A stretch of DNA of 64,000 bases from Octopus vulgaris. Its lineage: Eukaryota. Positions within the stretch are counted from its first letter, which is position 1. Each line of letters opens with the position of its first letter. The translations under genes were made by a program, and so were the position numbers. Under the pieces are notes generated by a model that was given only the letters and a program-made list of their open reading frames with translations, had not been told where the DNA came from and searched no databases. The stretch is taken from NCBI GenBank assembly GCA_951406725.2, contig OX597826.1:58032001-58096000 (forward strand), written 5' to 3'. Shown here piece after piece: positions 1 to 13,695 of this stretch.

Positions 1-54
1 CCGGAACTATGTGGTTGGTTAGCAAGCTACTTACCACACAGCCACTCCTGCGCC
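1..54 (-). mobile_element. SINE family A, 5' tRNA-like head (cut by window edge)
   Basis: Reverse complement reads GGCGCAGGAGTGGCTGTGTGGTAAGTAGCTTGCTAACC, the same head as the full copies at 15868 and 16659. Confidence 0.85.
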
Positions 55-76
55 TATATATATATGTTTATATATA

Positions 77-171
<95 letters not shown>

Positions 172-489
172 CACACACACTCACACACACATGCACACAC
201 ATAAAAAGAGAAGAGAGAGAGAGAGAAGTCGTTGCTGTTTAGCCCCAGGTTAGCCCATATGAAGTAAATCTACAGACAAAGTTGTTCCAGCTGTGATCAT
301 TACAGCTTTTCCTCATCGTACCTAAGTTTTAACGCAAACTTGGCTCTTTGTTCAAGTTGCGAAGTAAACGCAGCGATGTCACTCCTCGTCACACTGTTTC
401 ATGAAGGTCACTGTTAGTTCTGGTTACGCACGCATCCGTGTACTGTCATTTGTTGACGCGCTACAGGACTAGACCGGGAACTTTTTGAT

Positions 490-919
490 ACGACTTCGTA
501 CATTTTGTCTTATGAAGAAAGGCTGAAGACGCTCGACCTTTATTCTCTAGAAAAACGACGACGCCGTGGTGATCCCATTCTTGCTCACAACATCATAAGC
601 GGAAAGTGTAACCTCTCGAAAGAGCTGTTCTTCACTCCTGCTCCAGAGCGTCGGCTGCGGGGTCATTCCGAAAAGCTCTATCTGCGACGATTTCATCTCA
701 ATCGAAGGAGAGGGGTTTTCTCCGTCCGGGTTGCGGATCCGTGGAATAAGCTGCCGGACGAGATGGTGAAGATGCCGACGACCGCTCGGTTCAAAGTCTC
801 CCTTGACCACAAGTGGCCTGAACTCTTTACATGAACACCACCCTGTACATTACTCCATGTCCCCCTACACGGCCTTGGTTTTTGCTTTTTGAGCCAAAAA
901 ATTAACTAACTAACTAACA
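490..919 (+). mobile_element. 5'-truncated CR1-clade LINE: ORF2 C-terminus, 3' UTR and (TAAC)n tail
   Basis: ORF 505-834 translates YEERLKTLDLYSLEKRRRRGD...RGHSEKL...FSVRVADPWNKLP, the typical CR1 ORF2 C-terminal motifs. It is followed by a short UTR ending TAACTAACTAACTAAC. Confidence 0.9.
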
Positions 920-1247
920 TCTCTCGTGACTTTATTCAATGCTTCCTTCTTTCTTTCCTTTTTTAAAATTTGGTTCTATAAAACAAGCAGGTGTAGTTTG
1001 AAAGGTGTGTGGTTACTATTTCTGACAAGACGACGGGCCGCGAATAGCAGAGATGAGGAAACATTTTTTATAGCAGGTTCTAATTGTGAATATATCTCTC
1101 CTAGCGAAAGCACACTTGTAGCATAGCCAGGGACACATCCCGAAGACAAACCCTTCTGTCTCAGGTCAGAAGTTAATTGTGTCCTTCGGCCCAAGTTGCT
1201 GACTCTCCACAACGATCAAATAAAACTCACCATAGAGTACTGCTTCT

Positions 1248-1375
<128 letters not shown>

Positions 1376-1858
1376 AGAGAGAGTGAGAGAGAGAGAGAGA
1401 TGACGTGTAAAATTCTCGCAAATTTTAAATACTAATATTTTTTTAATTATAGATTTCTAGAAAAAATGAAGTTCATTTTCATAATTAGTATAATCAGTAT
1501 ACAAAACTTTAATCTATATACCAAATTTGAAAACAATTGGAACAAAATTGTAAAGTGATGCAAACCGCAAAGATCTCATTCTTATTCCACCAAGGGAAGT
1601 CTACATCAAGCATCTGACATTTTGGTAGAAGGTGACAAGTCGATAACATTGACCCCATTACTTGACTGGTACATATTTTTATCAAACCCGAGAAGATGAA
1701 AAGCAAAGTAGTCCTCGGTGGCATTTGGATTCAGAGCGTAAGGGCTGACAAAATCCCACTAAGCAAGCATTCTGCTTCACGCCCCGACGTTTCTGCCAGT
1801 TTTCTGCCTTGCTGCGCTGAGAAATATATTGAAAATGTGTAGTTATATATGTAAATAT

Positions 1859-2160
1859 GGAGGCGCAATGGCCCAGTGAATTAGGGCAGCGGACTCGCAG
1901 TCGTAGGATCGCGGTTTCGATTCCCGGACCGGGCGTTGTGTGTGTTTATAGAGCGAAAACACCTAAAAGCTCCACGAAGCTCCAGCAGGGGGTGCTGATT
2001 CCTGCAGTACTCTTTCACCATTCTTTCTCTCTTCTGTTGGCCTGCTCGCTTAGCCAGCGGGGTGGCGTCGTTCGAAGGCTAAAAAAACAATGCGAACGCA
2101 TTGGGACCAGCGATGTGTAGCAACATTTGATGGTCTGGTCGGTCACGTGATCACGTGATA
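1859..2160 (+). mobile_element. SINE family C (tRNA-derived), full length
   Basis: A-box-like TGGCCCAGTG and B-box-like GTTTCGATTCC. Ends GTCACGTGATCACGTG and is flanked by the direct repeat ATATGTAAATA (TSD). Homologous to 36361-36635. Confidence 0.85.
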
Positions 2161-2506
2161 TGTAAATACTGGGCATATATTATATATTAATTGAAATCGG
2201 TTTTGTTTTAAGTCTTAAGCTGTACTGGTGTTCACATAATTTCGTCAGGGAGCGATTGAAATTTGAATGTCGGTGAAATTTTACCCAGAGGCGAGTGTGT
2301 TCCCCACCCTTGTTCTTATGGCTTCTTTTTGGGCTAGCTTTACTAGTAAGTAGTTAGAGCAAGCTGAGTTCATTTTACTTTGCCAGATTGTCTGTATTTC
2401 ATGGCCATATGGGTTACTTGCAAGCATTTCTTGTAAGCTTCTAGACATTTTTAGCATACATGATCTCCAAAGGTTTGTCTGTCTCTATATGTGTTCGAGT
2501 TTTTTT

Positions 2507-3230
2507 TATGTATGCATGCTTGTATGTATGTATGTATGTATGTATGTATGTATGTATGTATGTATGTATGTATGTATGTATGTATGTATGTATGTATTTA
2601 TGTATGTATGTATCTATGTATGTATGTATGTATGTATGTATGTATCTATGTATGTATGTATGTATGTATGTGTGTATGTATGTGTGTATCTATGTATGTA
2701 TGTATGTGTGTGTGTATGCGTGCATGTATGTATGTATGTATGTGTATGTATGTATGTTTGTATGTATGTATGTATGTATGTATGTATGTATGTATGTATG
2801 TATGTATGTATGTATGTATGTATGTATGTATGAGTGTGTATGAGTGTGTATGTGTAAGAGCAATGTGTGTATATATAAGTTATGTTTGTGAGTAAATGTG
2901 TCTCTGTGTATGCTTGTATACGTGAGTTTGTGTGTGCTTAACGTGTATGCATGTGCATTTGTTTCGATTTGTACAATAGTGTGCATGCATCTATGTGTGT
3001 GTGTGTGTGTTTGTGTGTGTTTATGTGTTTTATTTATATATACGTATGTTTTTTTATCTGTATGTTTGTTTGTGTGTGAGCGTACGAGTTTTTTTTTTTT
3101 ATTATGTGTGTCTTTTATATCTTTGTGTATTTGCGTATTTACGTGTGTATGTATGTGTATGTATGTGTGTATATTTGTGTGTGAGCCCGTGTGTGTATGC
3201 TTGTGTCTGTGTGTGAGGATGCGTGTGCAA
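2507..3230. repeat. (TATG)n / (TG)n compound microsatellite
   Basis: Seen directly. Confidence 0.95.
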
Positions 3231-3545
3231 GTTCTTTGGCTTTCTATAAGGCGATGCACATATTTTATTATAATTAGAGCTGTGCTGTCGTGTTACCAAA
3301 AGATTACGTCTTTCGATTCGCTTCTACCACATTCCTGGTTATAATGTCTGTTAATTCTTCTTCGCAACTTTTTTAAAGTTCATCTGCGCCTCATGGTGTA
3401 GGCATGGAGCGGGTGGGGTGGGTGGAACTCTACAAAAAAAAAAACAGAGGTTTGGGTGTTGTTTTCTCCGAATGATGTAATATGAAGAAGCAAAATGTAA
3501 GTGAGAGATGTCTACCAACTCGGCTTAACGTGGTTTCACACTCAT

Positions 3546-3758
3546 ATTCTATTCTACTCTAGGCACAAGGCCCAACATTTTTGGGGAGGGGCCAGTTGAT
3601 TAGATCGACCCCAGTACTCAACTGGTACTTAATTTATCGACCCCGAAGGAATGAAAGGCAAAGTCGACCTCAGCGGAATTTAAACTCAGAGCGTAAAAAC
3701 AGACGAAATACCGCTCAGCATTTCGCCCGGCACGCTAACGTTTCTGCTAGCTCGCCGT
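3546..3758 (-). mobile_element. SINE family B with alternative (B2) tail
   Basis: Core GGTCGACTTTGCCTTTCAT...GGGGTCGATAAATTAAGTACCAG on the minus strand. The tail reads CTGGCCCCTCCCC...GGGCCTTGTGCCTAGAGTAG. Confidence 0.85.
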
Positions 3759-3775
3759 CTTATTTACATACCCAT

Positions 3776-4143
3776 ATTCTTTTCTGCTCTAGGCACAATG
3801 CCCAAAAATTTGGGGGAAAGGGGCCAGTCGATAACAGCGACCCCGAAAGATGAAAGGCAAAGTCGACCTCGGCGTAATTTGAACTCAGAACGTAATGATA
3901 GACGAAATACCTATTTCTTAACTACCCACAGAGGGCTAAACACAGAGGGGACAGACAAGGACAGACAAACGGATTAAGTCGATTATATCGATCCCAGTGC
4001 GTAACTGGTACTTAATTTATCGACCCCGAAAGGATGAAAAGCAAAGTCGACTTCGGCGGAATTTGAAGTCAGAACGTAATGATAGACGAAATACCGCTAA
4101 GCATTTAGCCCGGCGAGCTAACGCTTCTGCCAACTCGCCGCCT
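3776..4143 (-). mobile_element. SINE family B dimer (B1-tail unit joined to a B2-tail unit)
   Basis: Two cores joined at GACGAAATAC|CTATTTC (about 3910). Confidence 0.85.
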
Positions 4144-4608
4144 TGTTACAAACTCATATTGTATCACATACTGTTGTTCTTGGTGTTATTGTAAGGAAAA
4201 AGTCAGTGGCATAGCTAGGGTACGTGCCGCCTGGGCCATCCATTGAGCTTGCGCCAACCCCACCCCTACTCCTCCCTTCGTCCCTAAACAGGCTCTAATA
4301 GCAAACCCAAATGTGCCTTCCCATCTATAAAAGCGTCGCTTGGGGCGTACAGCCTTCTTACCATCCTCTACAAGTCTTCTTCCAACTCATCATTTTGCTT
4401 CTAGATTACTGACCATGGCTGTATGGGTAAGAAGCTTGGTCTTTGATTCTGTCCCACAGTGCGGCACTCTAAGCAAGTGTCTCCTGTTGTAACCTCGGGC
4501 CGACCAAAGTCTTGCGAGTGGATTTCGTTGACGGGAGCTAAGAGAAGTATGACGTATAAGCATACATATACACGCGCATCTATATATATATATATATATA
4601 TATATATC

Positions 4609-5000
4609 GGAATAGCTGTGTGGTAAGTAGGTAAGTAGCTTGCTTACCAACCACATGGTTCTGGGTTCAGTCCCACTGCGTGGCACAATGGGCAGGTGTC
4701 TTCTACTATAACCTCGACCCGACCAAAGCCTTGTGAGTAGATTTGGTAGACGCAAACTGAAATGTGTGTGTGTGTGTGTGTGTGTGTGTGAGTGTTTGGG
4801 TTGTGATTTTTCCCCACTACCGCTTGACAACAAGTGTTGATTTGTTTACACCCCATACCCTAGCAGTTCGTCATAAGAGATCGCTAGAATACGTACTACA
4901 CTTGAAAAAACAAAAGTACTGGGACCGATTTGCTTGACTAAACCTTTCAAAGCAGTGCCCCCGCATAGCCGCAGTCCATTGACTGAAACAAGTAAAGAAC
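4609..5000 (+). mobile_element. SINE family A, diverged copy (a partial second copy lies at about 4418-4560)
   Basis: GCTGTGTGGTAAG...GGTTCAGTCCCACTGCGTGGC head, internal (TG)n and a GACTGAAACAAGTAAA tail. Confidence 0.8.
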
Positions 5001-5255
5001 AAAAGGTATCATCTAACGAGTGAACCTCTCTATGGCTGCTTGACCTGCTAGGAAGCTAAGCCAAATCTCTCTCAAATTCTTCCCTGATATCTTAAATAAG
5101 GAATAGGCTGCACAATGTAGTGTCGGAAATACTCTCCACCGCTACCCAAAAAACGGAAGGGTCGCAGTCGAAACGCCTTTACTTACTCAGAGCTGATCTA
5201 GAGCTAAGCAGTGAACCACGTTTTCGGAACAATATTGTCCTCTTTCATAAGACAA

Positions 5256-5468
5256 GCGAGCTGGCAGAAACGTTTGCACCCCGTGCAAAATGCTTAGCAG
5301 TATTTCGTCTGTTTTTACCTTCTGAGTTCAAATTCCGCCGAGGTCGAGTTTGCCTTTTAAACTTTCGGGGTCAATAATTAAGTACCAGCTGCGTACTGGA
5401 GTCGATCTGATCGACTGGCGGCCTCCCCCCAAAAAAATTTCGAGCCTTGTTCCTAGAGTAGAAAAGAT
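5256..5468 (+). mobile_element. SINE family B, B2 tail
   Basis: GCGAGCTGGCAGAAACG...GAGTTCAAATTCCGCCGAGGTCG core. Flanked by the direct repeat TTGTCCTCTTTCATAA. Confidence 0.85.
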
Positions 5469-5640
5469 TGTTGTCCTCTTTCATAATTATTTAAGTTGAA
5501 GTTAATATCTTTTTTTTAAAATTAAATTTAAAACACCTGCTAAATATCTATTGAAAAATAGAAATATTGGTACAGGTGTAAGCAGAGTCGTATTAAGATC
5601 TATAGAGGCCTTAAACACTAAAAACATTTTGGTACCCCAT

Positions 5641-5691
<51 letters not shown>

Positions 5692-5745
5692 AGAAATTAA
5701 AAAAGGAAAATACGCACACTTACATGGTTTTAATATAATTTTTAA

Positions 5746-5782
5746 TATATCGACCGGTTTCGCTATCGCTATTCATGATATA
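5746..5782 (-). ncRNA. Minimal type I hammerhead ribozyme motif with A3-U8 core covariation (Penelope-like pLTR relic)
   Basis: Minus strand: TATATC-ATGAATA-GC-GATA-GC-GAAAC-CG-GTC-GATATA. It has a 6-bp stem I, a 2-bp stem II, palindromic stem III ACCGGT and a GUC cleavage triplet. Confidence 0.7.
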
Positions 5783-6417
5783 ATGTTTAATTTATATGAA
5801 TATATATTTTTTTCTTAAGAAGGAATTTGGTCCATGTTGTTTGTGATGAAATTCACGAGTGAATATATATAATTCAAAATGTAAACCTTGAAATATATTT
5901 CATGCATTTCAAAATAAAACAAAGCTAACAGTAAGATGGTAAGTGGCGTATATTTTTGTATACCTCCTGTTTATATTTGAAAAGTTTACTCTAACCTTTA
6001 TTTAATAGCGAAGCCAATGGTCACATGCTCAAAATTAATCTTACGTAACGCATCTTCTACATTTAGTAGAGATAAGGTATTTTGAATATCATTTTAGCAA
6101 GTTTAAAGTGAAATTCTTTTGCGCTGTAAACCTTTTACTATTTTTCTTGTGCTCTCACTTCTCTTAATGCTCTAAGCACGTGCTTATTTTGCATAATGGT
6201 TAATCCAGCGCTGGGCGTAAGGTATAACTATATTATCTAACAGAAAAACAGAAGTACTACTTCGAAGCTTTACCAACAAAAATCCTCATGTATTTCTGTC
6301 TGATATGAGAATTATGTGGCCAACCTAGTTTCATATTACATGAAAGAGCAAGGGAGTAACAGCTTAATGGTTAGAGCATCTCTTCCAGTTTTGATTTTAG
6401 TTTGATATAGTATCAAA

Positions 6418-6575
6418 CAGGAGTGGCTGTGTGGTAAGTAGCTTGCTAACCAACCACATGGTTCCGGGTTCAGTCCCACTGCGTGGCATCTTGGGCAAGT
6501 GTCTTCTGCTATAGTCCCGGGCCGACCAATGCCTTGTGAGTGGATTTGGTAGACGGAAACTGAAAGAAGCCTGTC

Positions 6576-6621
<46 letters not shown>

Positions 6622-6833
6622 CTGTGTGTGTTTGTGTTTCTTTGTTTGTCTCCCTAGCATTGCTTGACAACCGATGCTGGTGTGTTTACGTCCCCGTCAC
6701 TTAGCGGTTCGGCAAAAGAGATCGATAGAATAAGTACTGGGCTTACAAAGAATAAGTCCCGGGGTCGATTTGCTCGACTAAAGGCGGTGCTCCAGCATGG
6801 CCGCAGTCAAATGCCTGAAGCAAGTAAAAGAGT
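6418..6833 (+). mobile_element. SINE family A, near full length
   Basis: tRNA-like head (TGGCTGTGTGG ... GGTTCAGTCCC), internal (TA)n(TG)n and a CAAGTAAAAGAGTA tail. Confidence 0.9.
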
Positions 6834-7293
6834 ATCCCTTTATTTTGACATTATCTCAACAAGGTGTGGTCTTGTGGTTAGGGTGTTCGAATCACGATCA
6901 TATAATTCCTGGACAGGGTGGTCTACTGTGTCCTTGAGCGAGACACTTCACTTCGCGTTGCTCCAACCTATTCAGTTGTAAATATCATGTGAGGCTCACA
7001 ATGTAATACCGACCCCGCATTTAGGACTTCATATACAGGGGTCTGAGGTCACATCCAAACAAACAAACAAACAAACAAAAATGCGGTAAAAACAAACAAA
7101 AACAACGCACCCGACTTAGTGACATGAAGTCAATGACCAACACATTCAAACCATTTAAGGGTAACTTGAGGGCCGTGAGATTTTCTGGATGGAACGCTTA
7201 ACGGAAATTTACATTGAAATCTTTTAGTAGTGCTGTCGCATGATGATAAGGTGTCTTATGCGGCCCGATTTTCGAAAAAGGGTTGCACATACC

Positions 7294-7710
7294 TATTTCT
7301 TTACTACCCACAAGGGGCTAAACACAGAGAGGACAAACAAGGACGGACAAGCGGATTAAGTCGATTATATCGACCCCAGTGCGTAACTGGTACTTATTTA
7401 ATCGACCCCGAAAGGATGAAAGGCAAAGTCGACCTCGGCGGAATTCGAACTCAGAACGTAGCGGCAGATGAAATACCTATTTCTTTATTACCCACAAGGG
7501 GCTAAACACAGAGGGGACAAACAAGGACGGACAAGCGGATTAAGTCGATTATATCGACCCCAGTGCGTAACTGGTACTTATTTAATCGACCCCGAAAGGA
7601 TGAAAGGCAAAGTCGACCTCGGCGGAATTCGAACTCAGAACGTAGCGGCAGATGAAATACCGCTAAGCATTTCGCCCGGCGCGCTAACGTTTCTGCCAGC
7701 TCACCGCCTT
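7294..7710 (-). mobile_element. SINE family B tandem dimer with one TSD
   Basis: Two near-identical units of about 185 bp, junction at about 7476. TSD GTTGCACATACC at 7282-7293 and 7711-7722. Confidence 0.9.
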
Positions 7711-8149
7711 GTTGCACATACCTGCTGCACAGAGACGTGCTGTATCCTCTCTTTGCCTTTTCAGGGACACCTACATTGGCCGCTGCTTTTGGGAGTGACA
7801 AGTCTGAAGCTATCTCCGCTCACTCGTTTTAAGCATAGCTAGCGTATGAACTACTCAGGACAACCCGAGACGCTGCTCCCTTGCACTCGAACCCCAACTT
7901 CCATACAGGTCTATACAGTGCGGCACTCCTAAAAACGTCGCCTGAAACGGATTGCACCCCTTACACTCAGTCCATCCCAGCTGTGTTACTACAGATATAA
8001 ACAACGCACACACATACATACACACACGTATACATGTCAGGAGAGAGAGAGGGGGAAGGAGGGAGAGAGGGAGTAAGGAAAGAATATTCTACGAAAGCTA
8101 AGAGGAAAATCTAAAGGAAACGATACAAAAATTCACAAATATGCACACA

Positions 8150-8193
8150 CTTCTGTATGTGTGTGTATGCATAAATATATGTATAATGTATAC

Positions 8194-8267
<74 letters not shown>

Positions 8268-8516
8268 GCATATATATATATATGCATATGTACGTATATG
8301 TATATATATATATGTGTATATATATATATATATATATGTGTATATATATATATATATACACATATATACATATTTATATATATATATATATATACATACG
8401 TAAATACATATATATATATATATACATATATATACACACACATATATATATATATACATACATTTATACATATATATATACATATATGCATACAAATAGT
8501 CTGTATATGTATATGC

Positions 8517-8554
<38 letters not shown>

Positions 8555-8921
8555 GAGGGTGTATGTATACATATATTTGTATATGTGTATGTGCGCGCGT
8601 GCGATTATGTGAGTGATGTAATTTGTATACATCTATCTACACCCTACTGCTGTCTGTATCTCGGTGTCTGTTCCTATACACATTAACCAGGAGTGTATGG
8701 TGTATATAGTTTTAGTTGAGGATTAATTCATTCAACTATACACATATATACATCCAAACATACATACCTGTACACAAACACACATACACACGCACACACA
8801 CGCACACACATCCTATATACACACATATATATGTACATACATGTGTCTTAATATATATACATATGTATATACATGTGTGTGTGTGTGTGTATGTATGTAT
8901 GTGTGTATGTATATATGTATG

Positions 8922-8956
<35 letters not shown>

Positions 8957-8965
8957 GTATATAAG

Positions 8966-9016
<51 letters not shown>

Positions 9017-9467
9017 ATATATATATATATAAATATATATATATATGTATATATATGTATATATATGGAGGGGTATGTGCGTACATACTTATACACAAAC
9101 ACACATACATACACACATCTATATACACACACATATATATGTACATACATGTATCTTAATATATATACATATGTATATACATACGTGTGTGTGTGTGTCT
9201 GTGTGTGTGTGTATACATTGTTACCATGGAAATTGAAACGTTCATTTCACATGTCTAGGTTATCACTAAACCTAGTTTAAAGTAATCACAGGCTATCACC
9301 CGCCCTTTCCCAGCACAACTATCGATTTTAAGAGTACATTTGACGTTTGTGAAACAGCATAATAACACGCACTATACACACACACAAATATATATTCATA
9401 TGTATGTATGTATGCATGTATGAATGCTTGTATGTATGTTTGTATGTATGCATGTACATATATATAC

Positions 9468-9498
<31 letters not shown>

Positions 9499-9507
9499 CA
9501 TACATAT

Positions 9508-9555
<48 letters not shown>

Positions 9556-9850
9556 ATATACATACATATATATATATGGAGGGGTATGTGCGTGCGTGTA
9601 TATGTGTGTAAGAATACATATATGTTATCTATAAATACGCATACATAGATATGTACACACAAACATATACACTTATATTCATTTAGTTATTATCCATACA
9701 TACATATATTCGCTCAGTTATCTATCTGTCCATGCATACGTGTATACATACATACATACTTACATACGTACATACATACATACATACATGCATACATACA
9801 TTCATACATACATACATACACACACATACATACGTACATACATACATACA

Positions 9851-9884
<34 letters not shown>

Positions 9885-10199
9885 CATACATACACATACA
9901 TACATATATACATACACGTACATACATACATACATACATACATACATACATACATACATACATACATACATACATACATAAATACATACATACATACATA
10001 CACATACATACATACATATATACATACATACATACATACGTAGGTACATACATACATACACAGAAACAAAAATACCCTGTTTTTGATGTTGAAAATCCAA
10101 TGAAGGAACTTCGGATTTAGGTTAGAAACCAGTTCTTTCGCTATTGGCAAGAAATCTTGAAATAAACTGAAAAATGACATACATACATACATACATACA

Positions 10200-10231
<32 letters not shown>

Positions 10232-10353
10232 CGTACATACATACATACATACATACATACATACATACATACATACATACATACATACATACATACATAC
10301 ATGCATACATACATACATACGTACATACACACACACATACATACATACATACA

Positions 10354-10387
<34 letters not shown>

Positions 10388-10390
10388 CAC
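8150..10390. repeat. Large (TA)n/(TG)n/(TACA)n microsatellite field
   Basis: Seen directly, with short unique interruptions. Confidence 0.95.
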
Positions 10391-10741
10391 AACACACTAT
10401 CTTTTGTTTCGGTATATTTAGGATTTGTCATTTTCGCCTTATTTACTTCCTCATGCGCCGGGCAACGACAACTTTTTGGAGAAGTGGACCGCATGGGTCA
10501 TGGCTCACCTTCAAGCGGGCCACATGGGTCATGACTCAACATCAAGTGGGCTGCACTATTAAAAATATTCAAGGTAATGATTCATTTAGGCGTGCCATTA
10601 AGAAATTTCCGCAAGCCGTAGTTCGCTCACGGCTGTCACAGACTTTTACAGAACCCTACACTTAGTGAAGTAAATCATCTTGGTCAGTTATAGGTAGGCT
10701 TTGACCATCATATTGACCACTGAAAGGTTCTGTGCGGACAT

Positions 10742-10975
10742 CTTACTCTCTTTTACTCTTTACTCTTTTACTTGTTTCAGTCATTTGGCTGCGGCCATGC
10801 TGGAGCACCGCCTTTAGTCGAGCAAATCGACCCCGGGACTTATTCTTTGGAAGCCCAGTACTTATTCTATCGGTCTCTTTTGCCGAACCGCTAAGTGACG
10901 GGGACGTAAACACACCAGCATCGGTTGTCAAGCAATGCTAGGGGGACAAACACAGACACACACACACACACACAC

Positions 10976-11040
<65 letters not shown>

Positions 11041-11206
11041 TACGACGGGCTTCTTTCAGTTTCCGTCTACCAAATTCCACTCACAAGGCATTGGTCGGCC
11101 CGGGGCTATAGCAGAAGATACTTGCCCAAGATGACACGCAGTGGGACTGAACCCGGAACCATGTGGTTGGTAAGCAAGCTACTTACCACACAGCCACTCC
11201 TGCGCC
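10742..11206 (-). mobile_element. SINE family A, full length
   Basis: Full head-to-tail match to the other A copies, with a (GAGTAAAA)n tail. Confidence 0.9.
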
Positions 11207-11666
11207 TGTTTCTAAAAAAGCAAAAGTGTCTCAATCTTAAAGTACTCGATGCCTTTTGGGTAGTGTTTTGTGTCGCTATTTGTCTAAGTTTTCTTGTCCG
11301 CATACTAAAAAATTATCGTCGTCTCGGCTCTCTGAATTACAATCTATAGGCGCAGGCTGGGCTGTGTGGTTAAGGAGCTCGCTTTGAAACCTTGTGATTT
11401 CGGTTTGAGTCACAGCGCGCGGTCTGTTAGGCAAGTGTCTTCTACAGTATTCCCGCGCCTACTAATGACTTGTGAATGAAAGCCCGTTCTATATATATAT
11501 GCAACGTATATCTATGTATATACATACGTATATTTATATGTGTGTGTGTGAGAGGGTGTTTCATGTGTTATTGTGTTTGTGTTTGCCCCACTTCTTCCAA
11601 CTGATTGACAGCCAGTGTTAGTTCGTTTACGTCCCCTGACCATTTTGCATTTTGGCAAAATGGTTC

Positions 11667-11690
11667 AATATAATAATAATAATAATAATG

Positions 11691-11745
<55 letters not shown>

Positions 11746-11813
11746 TAATAATAATAATAACAATAATAATGATAATAATGATAATAATAATAACGATAAT
11801 AATGATAATAATG

Positions 11814-11890
<77 letters not shown>

Positions 11891-11973
11891 AAGAAGATGA
11901 CTAACCAACCAGATAGGTAGATAGATAGATAGATAGGTTGGTAGGTAGGTAGGTAGGTAGGTAGGTAGGTAGG

Positions 11974-12045
<72 letters not shown>

Positions 12046-12061
12046 TAGATAGGTAGGTAGG

Positions 12062-12122
<61 letters not shown>
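11667..12122. repeat. Compound microsatellite (AAT)n-(AAG)n-(AGGT/AGAT/AGAC)n
   Basis: Seen directly. Confidence 0.95.
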
Positions 12123-12817
12123 GTACTTCCGTGTTCTGACGAGGAAAAAATCGAGTAGTTACATCGAGTGAGACCATTTATTGGAAGCTAAAACTTCGCA
12201 GCTTGTTACTTGCAGTTTCTCGTTGACCGAAAGCCTATTTCAGCAGACAAAATGGCGTTAATCCTTTGTGCAACGGTCAAGTCGTTGTTACTAAATAGTT
12301 TGCCGTATGAGGTTTATTAATACATAGAAGACCTATTCGAGAATGTCTTAGCGGACGCCTACTCCAACTGGCAACAACCTGGAAGCATTTGCATTCGGAT
12401 AAAACCAGATGCGACGACACTTCTAAAAAAGAATCCAAACAAAAGTGTGGTTTATAACGTTGCTAATTAGACACAAGAGAGGCTTATATTTGGTGGTCAA
12501 AGTAAGTGGCGGTCTAACGGAAACTTTTTGCCTCACGTACTAAGGTCCTCCCAGAATGCCCTTCTTTCTCTCTCTTACACGTTTTAACGATGGAATTATT
12601 AATGGAGAAGTCGGAAACCTACAGTGGCAACTCATTCGAACTTTGACATAGAAGAACTGTTTCTGTATATATAATCAATGTCACAGTCATGGTGCCGACT
12701 GCTCTGAAGTCAGAGACTTCGAGGGAGTTGGCACTATACTTGGAGGTTACGGGGATAAATTCAACCGAGAGTTGGAGAAGCAAATCTATGCGAGATTTCG
12801 GTTAACCTTTTGATACC

Positions 12818-13018
12818 TGTTTCTTTATTACCCACAACGGGCTAAACATAGAGGGGACAAACAAGGACAGACAAACGGATTAAGTCGATTACATCGATCC
12901 CGAAAGGATGAAAGGCAAAGTCGAACTCGGTGGAATTTGAACTCAGAACGTAGCAGCAGACGAAATACCGCTAAGCATTTCGCCTGGCACGCAAAGGTTT
13001 CTGCCAGCTCGCCGCCTT
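12818..13018 (-). mobile_element. SINE family B with internal deletion (a diverged copy follows at about 13160-13363)
   Basis: B core and B1 tail. Flanked by the direct repeat TAACCTTTTGATA. Confidence 0.85.
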
Positions 13019-13373
13019 GTAACCTTTTGATATCATCCACATGAGATCACATGCTAGTTTTATGATACAAACTCTCTCTTTTCAAGTGATCTAATTTAAA
13101 TCCTTCCATTAAAATATGTTAATTTATGTTCCAAACGCTAGATCAATAATGGTTTCACATTCTAGCACAAGGTCAGCAATTTTAAGAGAAGGAGTAAGTC
13201 GATATCATCGACTCCTGCGCTCAACTGATACTTATTTTATCGACCCCAAAAGGATGAAGAGTAAAGTCGACCTCGGCGGAATTTGAATTCAGAACGTTGA
13301 GACAAACGAAATGCAGTTAATCGCTTTGCCCGGCGTGCTAACGATTCTACCATCTAGCCGCTTAGCATTAGAT

Positions 13374-13695
13374 CAGGGGTTCTCAACCATTTTTTTTATC
13401 TATGGACCCCCTTGGTAACTATTTTATTCTGGTGGACTCCCATTTGCATTCGATGTTTAAAAACTAGCTTTATAGAAACTTCTTTCAAAATTCCCATTTT
13501 GTTTATCACACATTAACTTGTACAGGTTGAACTATGTAAAATGATAGAGAAAGAAACCTAGCTGTTTCTTGCAATACATATATCTAATACAAATTTTTTT
13601 CAGAGGCCCTTAAAATATTATTGTGGATACTCAATTTTCTATTTTGCTGCATGGACCCTGGAAAATCCTATATGGACACCGGTTGAGATTCACTG
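13374..13695 (+). mobile_element. hAT (Charlie-like) MITE
   Basis: Terminal inverted repeats CAGGGGTTCTCAACC ... GGTTGAGATTCACTG. A second copy lies at about 24692-25057. Confidence 0.75.

Noticed and set aside
12170-12790. Possible decayed Tc1/mariner sequence (similar hints at about 28895 and 59590-59850)
   Set aside because: Too degraded to translate convincing motifs by eye.
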